The translations under genes and the position numbers were made by a program. 64,000 bases of DNA, from the NCBI GenBank assembly GCA_002633005.1, contig NMRA01000415.1, positions 149,091 to 213,090 on the forward strand, written 5' to 3'. Source of the stretch: Phoronis australis (taxonomy: Eukaryota; Animalia; Phoronida). Every line of letters starts with the position of its first letter. Within the stretch, counting starts at the first letter, position 1. The notes under the pieces were generated by a model, which saw only the letters and a program-made list of their open reading frames with translations, had not been told where the DNA came from and did no database searches. Below are positions 49,778 through 61,870 of this stretch, piece after piece.

Positions 49778-49843
49778 GTGCTGTGCATAGTGGCAAAGTG
49801 ACAAGGCATTGTGCTGTGCATAGTGGCAAAGTGACAAGGCATT
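49778..49843 (+). repeat. 33-bp tandem duplication
   Basis: TGTGCTGTGCATAGTGGCAAAGTGACAAGGCAT x2. Confidence 0.85.
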
Positions 49844-50131
49844 GTAGTTTCTGTGTTTCATATTGTTTCCTTAAATTAACTAAACCAAGTTTTTTGACAA
49901 AACTAGATGACACCAATACAGTGGCTGCAAAGGAATCATAGATTTTTGCTCCGTGGTAAAGTAACCCTTACTTTCACTTTGCACTTCATTATTAGTCGAT
50001 TGACTACATAAATGACTATGACAGAACTGTAATGCTTATTTATTCATCATGTGTTTTCAGGATGAAGAATAGTGAACTTACAACAGACAAAGATGCGAAG
50101 ATATGCTTCCTGCTTTCGACAGTGACCACCC

Positions 50132-50902
50132 ATGCCCAAGATTGGTCGTTCAATAACACCCACAACCCATCGCACCATACCGAACCACCCGATGTATGAC
50201 GACGAGGCTCCCCTATACTCCCCTCCCCCCGTGGCCAGAGTAAAGCCGGAAGCAGAGGCCATTGCTCTGAAGAGCCGTGGCTCAATGGGGAAATGGTTGC
50301 GTGTTGATGACAATTTGGAAGCCAAGTATGAAACTAGCCGGCCGGTGGCACGGGCTCCAACCTCAGTGGCGAGGAAAGGCCTAGAGAAGTCAAGGGGCTG
50401 CATGAGTCAGTATATTGGCGCAGGCTCTGAGCACCGACCCATGAAAGTGCAAACCAAGCATCCGCCGAGAACTGTCAAGTCGGAGGCTGCAGACATTGCT
50501 CAAAACCATAAGGGGAGGGGTATGAATAATCTGTTGACTAAATATGGTGATCTGACACCGTCGGCCCGCCCAGTGCCACGCATGAAACCTGAAGCAGAGG
50601 GCATTGCAGCCGGACATAAGGGGCGGGCCACGGCATCACTGTTCCATAACTATGGGAATGTGGGCGTGTCTTCTAGAATACCCCGTGTGAAGCCTGAGGC
50701 AAATGACATCTATGAGAAGTACCAGAAAGGAACGGGAATCAATAGACTGATTCACCAAGATGCCACTAGGCGGAGTGCCCGACCAGCCAGTTGCCCTAAC
50801 AGGGAGAGCCCGTGGGACTCTCGACCGAAGAGCCCCCAGGAGAGGAAACTAGAAAGCTATAACAGAAGGAATGCATCAACTTTAGTGACTAAGTGGGAGT
50901 GA
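50132..50902 (+). CDS. Uncharacterised basic 256-aa protein with about five PRVKPEA-type repeats
   Basis: Intact ORF, more GC-rich than its flanks, downstream of acceptor GTGTTTTCAG (50060). Repeats ARVKPEAEAIALKSRG, RTVKSEAADIAQNHKG, PRMKPEAEGIAAGHKG and PRVKPEANDIYEKYQKG are diverged in DNA but conserved in protein. Confidence 0.8.
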   Translation: MPKIGRSITPTTHRTIPNHPMYDDEAPLYSPPPVARVKPEAEAIALKSRGSMGKWLRVDDNLEAKYETSRPVARAPTSVARKGLEKSRGCMSQYIGAGSEHRPMKVQTKHPPRTVKSEAADIAQNHKGRGMNNLLTKYGDLTPSARPVPRMKPEAEGIAAGHKGRATASLFHNYGNVGVSSRIPRVKPEANDIYEKYQKGTGINRLIHQDATRRSARPASCPNRESPWDSRPKSPQERKLESYNRRNASTLVTKWE

Positions 50903-51788
50903 CTAAGTGGATGTGACTAAGTGGGAGTGACTAATGGATAGTGACTTACGCAGGGCTGCAATCTGTGATATTGCTTTTCTAGCAAGAAACTCTGTCCACA
51001 TAAGGGACTCCTGAGGAATTTCCATTGCACTAACTCTGAGCTTGGTGATATTCCACTTGTGAGAACCGTAGGATGTGCCAGTGTACACGCAGTGCAGTTC
51101 ACAAGTATTTAGTTTATGACTTCTCTCTGAGATTCACAACAGCTTTGAATGAAACGTGAAGTTCACATAAACCCTCCTACAGTAATCTCAAGTGAAAATT
51201 TCAACTTAATTTTAACTTGCTGTGCAAGTTAAGGTGGTCATAAAGTTAACACGTGGATACCCTGCTTTAATAGTTAAAAAGTACATACTCTAGCATTATA
51301 TTTCTCACTGCCTCGCATGCTGTAGTGTCTTGCTGTTTATGTGTATGGTGTGGCTGCATTTCCTTCCTTGCCTCATCTTGCCATGAAGCCACTGTAATTC
51401 TTCACCAAATTTACCACGCAATATGACAGACAAGTAAAATTTTATTTTGTCAAAATTTGCATTGAAGTGATTAGCAACTGTTTGATCTATTGTTACATGT
51501 AGCTTGGGTTGTATTCTATAGGCTTTGTAAAACGTAATCAACATGTTTTAGCTAATTATGCTGTTATAAATCTGTGCTTTGGTTTGGTGTTATAGAGTTA
51601 TTGGACCTTCTTACGCTCCATGTGTTGGTCAGATCACGTGACCTATAGTTAAGTCTGAAAAGGTGTCTGTCTCTCACTGGAGCTTGGCTTTCTGATGACT
51701 CAGTGTGGAGGCGCTCTGGTACTTGCACTGCCAAGATTAGGTAAGATGCCTCTTAGTATGTCTGATAGGAATTGGTTAATATACCCGT

Positions 51789-51862
51789 GGTCCCTGTAGT
51801 TTAGTAGACTATAGCGTCTGCACGGTAAGCAGAAAGTCTGCGTTTGAACCGCAATCAGGTCA
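51789..51862 (+). pseudogene. Degenerate tRNA-like sequence (tRNA pseudogene or SINE head)
   Basis: A-box-like TAGTTTAGTAG, anticodon arm TCTGC-ACGGTAA-GCAGA, B-box-like GTTTGAACC. The acceptor stem is poor. Confidence 0.5.
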
Positions 51863-54800
51863 GATCACTTTTCAGGCTTCGTAATTATAGGTGGTGTGGT
51901 GTGACTGACCTGTGGCTTATTACAGGACTTATGGTTGTTAAGTATCGCAATTAGTTTTTGAAAAATACAGAATTATCGATGTGTGTTACTGTTGGGGCCC
52001 TGCTTTTTGATAAAAATATAAGAACACATTTCTGTCGACCAAAGGCATTTTAGTGTCAAAATAGCCCAGGAATTGTAGTGTTGTAAGTTAAGAGAATTTT
52101 TTAGGAAAAAACTGAATAGTTGGTTACGCATAGAAATAATTTCCAATGTTGCATTTTCGTTTTTCAAGGGCTTATGAAGTTGTTGTGAATGCCCGTATAT
52201 TTCCAAAATAGTGTCTGACGTTAGTTATGTTAGACTTTGATTGTACAAAATCAATACAGGTAGTGCCACCTATCTTTCATGGAAGAAGTGATAAAATACA
52301 ATTCGTTGTTGAGATTTTACCGTCAGTCAGATTTTTGCATAACTTGGACACAGTTCGTTGGAGCAGTTGGTCTTGACCATATACACCCAGTCTTACACTT
52401 TCATATACGTTGTATTTCGTCATACTGGCATGAAATCTCTTTGTCCCGTTTATCTACTTAACTGTATCTATTACTGTTAGTTGTCCAACACTAATGAAGC
52501 TACATGTACATGTATGTGGTTTAAATTTAGACACTGTGTACTTAGTGCCACCTGTTGTGACGAGTGAGGGTGTCTCTTTAATTCAGAACATTGGAAAATG
52601 CCAGAAATTATGTTAAAAATTTACGGTTTTTACACATTTCTTGAAAGAATAATTCGAAATTTTCCATAGTTTAGACATTGCTAACTTCAAATGACGTTTC
52701 TCACTTGTTTCGAAATAGCAGACAGGGTCACTGAGAAAAAAATAAATATGTTATTGGCCAGTATCTGGTTTGTTTGCTGTAAGTTTTGATAGTTTCACAT
52801 GGTAGTATGTTAAAAACATTCCAGACACCCGGAGTGTATCTAAACAATTTGAAAATGTTTCGAAGATACAGATACTTTGCTGTAGTTTGCTGTCAAAGGT
52901 AACGAACTGAACATATATTGTTGTTAAACTTCATGTTTCTTGTGCACATCTTCCGACGCTACTTCTCAAGTTGAAACTATTTCATAGTTTTGTGTTTTAC
53001 TGTAATTATTGTAAGAAATTATTGTATGGCATTGTATAATATTTGAATATTTTGTCACGATTATTATTGCTGTGGTAGGGTCTACGGTCGAGTGATTTTT
53101 AAAAAAGATAAAGACACAGATGTTGACGTATTGTTTTCTTATCAGGAGTTTGATTCCAGGAACCCATTTATTAGAGTACTGCGTTTGGTGACATTGAACT
53201 GCGATATCGTTGGAAGGCTATTGTTATGTGCCTATTGTACATTTTTCTTTCCAGTGAATTGTCTTCGAAAATTTTGCTTTGACATTGATTGCGGCACCTC
53301 GTTTACTTTAAGGCACCGTAAAATATTAAGGACTTGAATAAAACGTCCAAATGGCCAAGACGTGTTTTAGTTCCCGCTGATGCACAAAAGATGTTTTCAA
53401 TGGCTAAAATATTTAGTCCCTAGCTTTTTGCCTCACGCCAATGTGAAGTCCTGGCGTAAACGGCCATATTTCCAGACGACACCAAATCCAGGACATTTAT
53501 TGCACCGGGCAAAATGCCAAATGTCCGCCGGGAAGATTAGATGATTACAACTCAGTGAGGCTATCAATCATCCTCACAGAAAGTTAGTCATTATTCTGAA
53601 AAAGTAAATGATTGCTCTGTAAGTTAAAGAATAAAAGTTTAGAAAAAGCTAAACGTGTTTTCATGACAAGCAATAGTGTTTTGATGTACTTACAACTGTT
53701 GTATGACAAAGGCACCGCCGATCATCTCGGTGGTATAGCTTTCGCTGGCCACTGATGGTTAACGGCTGTTACGTGCTTTTGGTGCACACGGCCGAGCACT
53801 AAAAAGGGGGTACCTATCTATTTCTGTCAAATCATTTTCCATGAAACATATCCATGGACCCGAAGTCTAATCTTCATACTTAAAACATAACTCGAAATCA
53901 TGTTGGGTACTTTGCATTCTAATTTCGTGGGGACTCGAGACAAGTGTCCTTTTTCTTTGTTGGAGTATTTTATAGTTTATGTTGATGAGAGTCTAGTCCA
54001 GGTTAGCACTCGATGACCCCTGTATTCGAGCTACGAACTTGAATAATATCGTGAGTTCAGTTGCACAAAAGTAGAATGAGAAATGTCAAAAATAAAGTCC
54101 AATTCAGTTGCGAGTACAAAGAATACACCCCGAGCCCTGATGCCACGACAAAAAAGCATTACCCTTTAGCTCAAAGAAAAGTTCCTTTTCAAGAGGGTGT
54201 TATTCTCATGACAGTTCACTGTCGGGTCGCACAGGAAATTCTTTACTATGGTCTGAAAAAATCTAATCCTGACGAATTTTTGGGTGCTCAAGTGTTGAGA
54301 TCGAGTCGTAATCGATATAGTTTAATTTCGAAATGTAGCTGCTGTTATCAGCAGAATGCACCAGAATTCAAGACATTGTTGTTAGAGGAGGGTCCTTTAT
54401 CTCCCATTGGATACCCCAACTCCCATGCTGCTGTGCGCATGCCTTTAGGAAACCCCTGAAATGCCTCAATACGTGAAAGGAGCAGAGATCCTATCATGCA
54501 CGAATTGGTGGTAGAGAGAGGTGTATACCTGTTCCTTAATTTTACCTCTAATATCAGACAAGGTTTCGCCGTAGAAGTATGGCAACAAATGTATTTCTTG
54601 TCAAAACTGGGATTAAACAATCAGATCTCTGTACAATTTGCAGAATAGAGCCAGAAAGTACATGTACAGCCCATCTCTACTGAGATTAGAATGGCGACCA
54701 TCAACTGCTAGTCTGCAATCGGTCACTGGCGTGCTTTCCGTAGACGCGAGAGCCTCGCGAATACGCGAGAACACGCAAGATTACGGTGTATTGCCAGTAA

Positions 54801-56189
54801 TGTACGTGATCCGCACTATGAAATGTTTTCGCGAGATCAATGAGTTAACGGTACTCAACCCCGACCACGCTACTTGATTCACTCAGGATCGCTCATTAGG
54901 CAAGCACTTGCGAAGTAACAGTTTTTCATCGGGAGAAAGACTGTCTGCTGGTCTATCACGTGGTTGCAGGTCTCGTCATGCGTAGTTGTCAAATAAACTA
55001 GTATATCTTCAATCACCATGATTAAATTTGCATCAATATTTTCATAAAAGAAGTACACAACATTTTAATTTCAGCTGGACGACAGTGCTCTCAGGAGACC
55101 TCAACAGCCGGTGGATTGTAAGCAAAAGTTTTGACTTTTTACTTAAAAGTAACACATTCAACGTTTTGATGAATCCTATATGATTCACTTAATATTATAG
55201 ATCTCGTTGTTCCTTTATGTCTCGTAATTCAACGGCAAAGGGCAGCAACGTTAGGAATTGGAGCCCCCCCATATTGAATGCTGGGTGCGCGCATGATCAT
55301 CATTCTTTGACTTCACTGGCTATTTGTGTTTTCTTTCTTTTGCTGTCTCAATTTTGCAAGAAGATTCGACACTGGCTTTCATCTGCAGCAACAATTTGTT
55401 TACACCTGGCTGACACGCCACATGGAACAACTCCTGGGTGAGGCTTAGTTTAGAACCCCTTGTTTTCAGGGATGTCTATTTCAAAAATATCTAGTAAGGT
55501 TTACTTTCACGCCGTGGGTAACATGTTCGTTGAAGCTCGCCTCACAATAATTTCAGTGGACTTGTTTCCTAAAATGAAAATAAAATAATTTGTGAAAATA
55601 CATGTATTTATAACTAAAATAGTATGCTTGATGTACGTGCAGTTCTCCTGGCGCTTTAATGGTAATAATATGCTATATTGTTTAGTTTTGATACGGCAGT
55701 AACACAGTAATGACGCAAAATGTACCACTCCTATTTTGTAACCTTCTTCACGTTTTCTTAATAAAGAGCTAATTGTTGTTCTACACACCACGATGCGTTC
55801 CTGATCGCTTATCATTGCCTTCTCGATCGCTTCTTTCAAAAGAAAAGGGTTGGAAATTCAGAGACCCTGACAAGACTACGAAAAACAAGCGTTGCGTTAT
55901 AATTTCAGACGTCACTTCTTCATAAATTCATGACAAATTTAGTGATATAGTGCCAAGAATGACTGCAGTTTGCCAAAATGACGTATAAATCACCTTCCGC
56001 TCATGCAATAGCATCGGTTAACTTAACTTTTCTCCAATAATTGGAACAGACAATAGCCAAACCTCTACCTGTCCTTCCTCAATGTGTTACGCCTTGAACT
56101 CGTGTATCTGTTTGCACGTTGAAAGTAAAAACAACGAAAACTCATCAAATTTACACACCTTGTCTAGCTTCGCTACTCGCGCCAAATTT

Positions 56190-56243
56190 CGTTCTCGATC
56201 GCCTTCCGGGCGTTCTCGATCGCCTTCCGGGCGTTCTCGATCG
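56190..56243 (+). repeat. 21-bp tandem repeat (about 2.5 copies)
   Basis: CGTTCTCGATCGCCTTCCGGG repeated. Confidence 0.85.
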
Positions 56244-56739
56244 CGGGTTGGCCGGAATGTTGGATGGTACTGGATTTATTTCACGACTGTGAGTTGCCAG
56301 TAACAAGCAGTACTGTTTTTTTAAGAAATTTTAGTATATTCTCTCGATTCATGAAACTATTCAATTCTGTGTTCTTAACTATTGGAATGTTGTATTTCAC
56401 GAAAGATTATTTCCTAAAAGTTGCCATAATGATATAGATCAGAATTCAACATAGGCTGGCACAATCATTGCTTAAGGGTATGCAAAGGAGTGAATTTCCT
56501 AAGAATGTATAAGGTTTTGTATCGCCGTGAAACGGAATGCATAATTTAACATTATCTTAATATACATGTATATCTTGCTGTTTGCATGCAGTCAAAAGCG
56601 CAGTCACTTTATTTTCCTAACACAGCGCCTAAAACGAAAAGTGTGGATTCTTTGAACATTACGTCTACTTGCACAAATTTTCACCATTGTGGCAAAAATG
56701 ACTTCACACTCTCGAGTTCATTAATGCATATTGCGTGTG

Positions 56740-56764
56740 TGACGTCAAGGTATTGATGACGTCA
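56740..56764. promoter_or_regulatory. Two perfect CRE palindromes just upstream of the long acidic ORF
   Basis: TGACGTCA at 56740-56747 and 56757-56764; ATG at 56781. Confidence 0.45.
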
Positions 56765-56780
56765 TTATTCATATTTGAAT

Positions 56781-59700
56781 ATGGCAGTACCCATCAGGGT
56801 ATTAGCAGACTTGATGGTCTTTCTAATGGCGTATATATCAGCGTTTGTGAATATTATCAAGCGACATATAGTATCAATCACAAAGAATCTCTTAGACATC
56901 ACAATAATTTCCGTCATGTTGGGAGATTTTGAAGATGATGACTTGAGCGAGGAATATGAAGATTCAAGTATCGTTTTGACTAAAGTAGATGAAAACGAAC
57001 AGACCATAGCTGTTCACTATGACTATATTGAAGACATTCTCGACGACATCCCAGAAACACCACACGGGCATCAGGAAAATACAGCAGCTGCAACCATCAA
57101 TTCAGAAACAAAACCCAACACATGTTTTATTCTTCCTACTGCTACAGTAGGTAGCAAAAGCGCATTGCATCAGAAGAACAACTTCAAGGAAAATAGTGAA
57201 ATTGCCAACGAGTTTGGCGCTATGCAACTGCAGGGAAAATGTAAAGAGATAACAGAAGGTATACTTGAAGTTCAAGGACTGGAATGCATTGCTGACTCGA
57301 CTGCTAACGGAGAAACATGCATGCTTGATACCACCGAGAGCAAGAACGGACGCCTTGCTGATGTTACCGATGAAATGGACAGGTATGTAAATGACATTAA
57401 AAATAGCAATGTTGGACGGGAGATAAATGGTGCAAATGGCGACGAAGGAAACGAACAAGCTGTTCTCAATGTAAATGACAGAAACAATGCTCATGATGAA
57501 AATGATGAAGACAAACGTGACGATCCATGTAATGAGGGTGATCTCAGACCTGGTATTATATATGAAAGAAGTGATCATGGGTCCGACGCTTCACAGGACT
57601 ACCGTGATTCTATACATGAGGCAGTATGTGATAATGGTGACCCTGACCATAATACTTCGAAAGGAAATGATGGTCTATGCCATGATACTCCGTATCGAAA
57701 GGGCGGTCTTCACAATGATACTCAGTATAAAAATGGTGATCATGACAACAATATTTTGCATAAACATGGTGTGACCCAGCAAGACACTCCGTATGGAAAA
57801 GGTGGTCCAGACAATGGCATACCATATGAACACGGTGATCCTCAGGAAGATACTCCGTATGGAAATGTTGTCCCAGAGCATAACGCGTATGAAAATTATG
57901 ATCCTCTGAAGGATACTGCTCGTGGAAAAGGTGATCCAAGACATGATACTTCTTGTAAAAATGGTGATGCAGAAAACGATACTCCGTATGGAGATGATAA
58001 TACAGGGCATGATACCCTGTATGGAGATGGTCACCCAGTGTGTCAGAATTCAAATTTGAATATGGCACTGAAAGTACCCATTAGGGTAATAGCAGACTTG
58101 ATGATCTTTTTAAGGGCGTGTATATCATCGTTTGTGAATGGTATCAAGTCACATATAGTACCATTCACAGAGAACCTCTCGGACATTACAACAGCAATAA
58201 TTTCCGTCATGCTGGGAGATTTTGAAGATGATGACTTGAGTGAGGAAAACGAAAATTCAAGTATCACTTTGACTAAAGTAGATGAAAACGGACAGACCAT
58301 AACTGTTCACTATGAATATGTTGAAGACATTCTCGACGACATCCCAGAAATACCACAGGATCATCAGGAAACTACAGCAACTGCAATCATCAATTCGAAA
58401 ACAAATCTCAAACCATATATTCTTCCTACTGATACAATGAATAGCAAAAGCGCATTGAATCAGAAGAACAACTTTAATGAAAACAGTGAAATTGCCAACG
58501 AGGTTGGCGCTATGCAACTGCAGGCAAAATATAAGAAGAAAACAGACGGTATACTTGTAGTTCAAGGACTGGAGCACATTGCTGACGCGACTGCTAACAG
58601 AGAAAGATGCATACTTGATGCCACCGAGGGCACGAACTGCCGCCTTACTGATGTTACCGATGGAATGGACAGATACGCACGTGACATTAAAAATGTGAAT
58701 GTTGGACGAGTGATAAATGGCTCTGGTGGGGACGAAGGAAACGAACAAATTATTCTCAATATAAATGACAGAAACAATGCTCATGATGAAAATGATGAAG
58801 ACAAGGTTGACGATCCATGTAATGAGGGTGATCCCAGACCTGGTATTATATATGAAAGAAGTGATCATGGGTCCGACGCTTTATACGACAACCGTGGTTC
58901 TATACATGAGGCACCGTGTGATAATGGTGACCCTGAGCATTATTCTTCGGAAAGAAATCGTGGTCCATGGCATGATACTCCGTATCGAAAGGGCGATAGT
59001 TACAATGATAGTCAGTATAGAAATGGTGATCCCGACAACGACATTTCATGTGAAAACGGTGAGACCCAGCAAGATACTCGGTATGAAAATATTGTCCCAG
59101 AACATGACACTGTGTTTGAATATGGTGACCCAGTAAGGGATACTGCGCTTGGAAGAGGTGATCCAAGACTTGATACATCACGTGGAAATGGTGACACAGT
59201 AATTGATATTCCGTATGGAGACGGTGATCCAGGACATGATACCCCGTATGGAGAAGGTTATCCAGAGTGTCAAAATTCAAATTTAAATATGGCACTGAAA
59301 GTACCCGTTAGGGTTTTAGACTTGATGATCTTTTTAATGGCGTATATATCAGCGTTTGCGAATATTATCAAGCGACATATAGTACAATTCACAGAGAACC
59401 TCTCGGACATTACAACAGCAATAATTTCCGTCATGCTGGGAGATTTTGAAGATGACTTGAGTGAGGAAAACGAAGATTCAAGTATCACTTTGACTAAAGT
59501 AGATGAAAACGGACAGACCATAACTGTTCACTATGAATATATTGAAGATATTCTCGACGACATCCCAGAAACACCACGTGGGCATCAGGGAACTACTGCA
59601 GCGGCCGCCACGAGCATAGAGTCAGACACAAAGCTCAAACCATGTCTTCTTCCTAGTACTACTACTGTAGATAACAAAAGCACACTGAATCAGAAGAACG

Positions 59701-60875
59701 ACTTCAATGAAAACATTGAAATTGCCAATAACGTTGGCGCTATGCAACTGCAGGCAAAATGTAAAGAGAAAACAGAAGGTATACTTGCAGTTCAAGGACT
59801 GGAGCACATTGCTGACGCGACTGCTACAGGAGAAAGATGCGTACTTGATGCCACCGAAAGCAAGAACGGACGCCTTGCTGATGTTACCGATGAATGGGAT
59901 ATGTACGTAGCTGACGTTAAAAATAGCAATGTTGGACGAGTGATAAATAGTGCAGTTGGCGACGATGGAAACGAACAGACTGTTCTTAAAGTAAATGACA
60001 GAAACGACGCTCATGATGAAAATGATGAAGACAAGCGTGACGATCCATGTAATGAAGGTGATCCCAGACCTGGTATTATATATGAAAGAAGTGATCATGG
60101 GTCTGACGCTTCACACGACAACCGTGCTTCTTTACATGAGGCACCATATGATAATGGTGACCCTGAGCATAATACTTCGAAAGGAAATGATTGTCTATGG
60201 CATGACACTCCATATCGGAAGGGCGGTCTTCACAATGATACTCAGTATGGGGACACTGACAACGATATTCCATATAAAAACGGTAATCAACAGCAAGATA
60301 CTCCGTATGGAAGTGGTGATCCACGGCATGCTACTTCGCCTGGAAATGGTTATCCAGGAAATGATACTCCGTATCAAGATGGTGATCCAGGACGTGATAC
60401 TTCAGATGGAAATGGTTTTGCAGGGCATCATACTCAGTATGGAAATCTTGATCCAGAACATGGTGTCCAGTATGAAAATGGTTATCCTTACCATTATACT
60501 CCTTATGGAAGTGGTAATTCTAATCGTGATACCTCAGGTGGAAACTTTGATCCAGGATATTATACTGCATATGGAAATTGTGTCCCTGAGCATGATGACA
60601 ACAACGGACTTGTAACTGACGTTATCAATAGAGACATTGTCGATGCTTCTTATGGCAACGAGGGAGGTGTCGATGACCTTACTGGTGGTAGAGGCCACCT
60701 CACTTCTGTCAATAATGAAAGCGTTAGCGTGAGAAAAGAATATACTGATGACGATCAAGGGTATCTGAAACAAAAGAAAAATCGTAAGAATAAGTCTCCG
60801 TCACGAACAAACGACGAGAAAAGATTATCCTGGTGGCGACGCCTATTGTGTTGCGCCCCCTCACCAGAGGACTGA
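56781..60875 (+). CDS. 1364-aa acidic D/E/N/G/H-rich protein of three tandem units with internal 11-aa GDPxHDTPY repeats
   Basis: 4.1-kb uninterrupted ORF. Units start at ATGs 56781, 58062 and 59289 (427, 409 and 528 aa); each opens with a hydrophobic segment followed by LGDFEDDDLSEE. Indels between units keep the frame. C-terminus KQKKNRKNK...SWWRRLLCC. Confidence 0.8.
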   Translation: MAVPIRVLADLMVFLMAYISAFVNIIKRHIVSITKNLLDITIISVMLGDFEDDDLSEEYEDSSIVLTKVDENEQTIAVHYDYIEDILDDIPETPHGHQENTAAATINSETKPNTCFILPTATVGSKSALHQKNNFKENSEIANEFGAMQLQGKCKEITEGILEVQGLECIADSTANGETCMLDTTESKNGRLADVTDEMDRYVNDIKNSNVGREINGANGDEGNEQAVLNVNDRNNAHDENDEDKRDDPCNEGDLRPGIIYERSDHGSDASQDYRDSIHEAVCDNGDPDHNTSKGNDGLCHDTPYRKGGLHNDTQYKNGDHDNNILHKHGVTQQDTPYGKGGPDNGIPYEHGDPQEDTPYGNVVPEHNAYENYDPLKDTARGKGDPRHDTSCKNGDAENDTPYGDDNTGHDTLYGDGHPVCQNSNLNMALKVPIRVIADLMIFLRACISSFVNGIKSHIVPFTENLSDITTAIISVMLGDFEDDDLSEENENSSITLTKVDENGQTITVHYEYVEDILDDIPEIPQDHQETTATAIINSKTNLKPYILPTDTMNSKSALNQKNNFNENSEIANEVGAMQLQAKYKKKTDGILVVQGLEHIADATANRERCILDATEGTNCRLTDVTDGMDRYARDIKNVNVGRVINGSGGDEGNEQIILNINDRNNAHDENDEDKVDDPCNEGDPRPGIIYERSDHGSDALYDNRGSIHEAPCDNGDPEHYSSERNRGPWHDTPYRKGDSYNDSQYRNGDPDNDISCENGETQQDTRYENIVPEHDTVFEYGDPVRDTALGRGDPRLDTSRGNGDTVIDIPYGDGDPGHDTPYGEGYPECQNSNLNMALKVPVRVLDLMIFLMAYISAFANIIKRHIVQFTENLSDITTAIISVMLGDFEDDLSEENEDSSITLTKVDENGQTITVHYEYIEDILDDIPETPRGHQGTTAAAATSIESDTKLKPCLLPSTTTVDNKSTLNQKNDFNENIEIANNVGAMQLQAKCKEKTEGILAVQGLEHIADATATGERCVLDATESKNGRLADVTDEWDMYVADVKNSNVGRVINSAVGDDGNEQTVLKVNDRNDAHDENDEDKRDDPCNEGDPRPGIIYERSDHGSDASHDNRASLHEAPYDNGDPEHNTSKGNDCLWHDTPYRKGGLHNDTQYGDTDNDIPYKNGNQQQDTPYGSGDPRHATSPGNGYPGNDTPYQDGDPGRDTSDGNGFAGHHTQYGNLDPEHGVQYENGYPYHYTPYGSGNSNRDTSGGNFDPGYYTAYGNCVPEHDDNNGLVTDVINRDIVDASYGNEGGVDDLTGGRGHLTSVNNESVSVRKEYTDDDQGYLKQKKNRKNKSPSRTNDEKRLSWWRRLLCCAPSPED

Positions 60876-61870
60876 GAGTTCACTTGGGACTCTACTACAA
60901 TTACAGTACCGGTTGGGGGAATAATTATTCTAATATATGTGCCGTGGAGTATTTGCAGAACTTTTACATTTTGAAGTGCATTTCTGTGTATTATAAGCAT
61001 ATAATACAAGAATTTTGCGGCCATTTGGTTTTACGTTGTTTGAAGTCATGTTTCGCATGGTGTTGACTCCTGTTAGTAAGGACACTTTGTGTGGAGGTAA
61101 CCGTATTTTGCCGCATGACTGGTTCTCTCAACCAAATTTTGTGCGTCATAGCCTTTAACGTTGACATAAATTGAGACTGCAGAACGGTCAAACTCAGAAA
61201 GGGGTTTCTAAAAAACTGCCGTCTCTCACAACGTCTCCAGAGAGTTATATGCCCTTTGTGATATTGCCTCGGGCCAGCCTCCGGCTCTGATGCGTGCAAG
61301 GATTCACCATCATAAGTCTGCAATGATTCATTCAATAAATGTTTGAATTCCTCCGACGACAGGTAAAGAAGTTTCCAATGAACAACTGGAAATATACATG
61401 TAGGTCACAATTTCCGCCAAAATCTTCAGAATATGAAGTTAAAAACGACACCAAATCTATTTGATTCCGTGTGAAATCGGCATACACACCCGATTTAAAA
61501 TCTGCCCCCGCACCTTCACGGTGGTTCTGTCCAAGATTTCATAGCGCCAAAACTTCGTTAGAGACCGTCCCGAGTTGGCAAGTCGGGGCGGTCTGGGATC
61601 AAGAGAAAAACCACAGGGTAAATCTGTGGTCGACAGATCTATTCGGTCGATTACATTTTATTGCCCGTGAAGGCTGCCTGAAGAAATATGACTCGCGCGT
61701 TTGTATTTTCGCCTTTTTCAACGACATCTAAAAGATTCATTAACAAATTCCTCGTAAAATTCTGAAAACAAGCGTTTTTCTCCCACGAAAATCGATGAAG
61801 TTTTGGCCGAGATATTTCACTTTCAGTACATGCTAGCCCTGCACACTCAGAGAATCGTCACACAAGATTA

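Noticed and set aside
44903-56243. Short tandem repeats as CRISPR-like arrays
   Set aside because: No unique spacers, only 2-4 copies each, and the context is eukaryotic.
57102-60773. Many overlapping ORFs in other frames and on the - strand
   Set aside because: They are shadows of the repetitive, compositionally biased + strand ORF.
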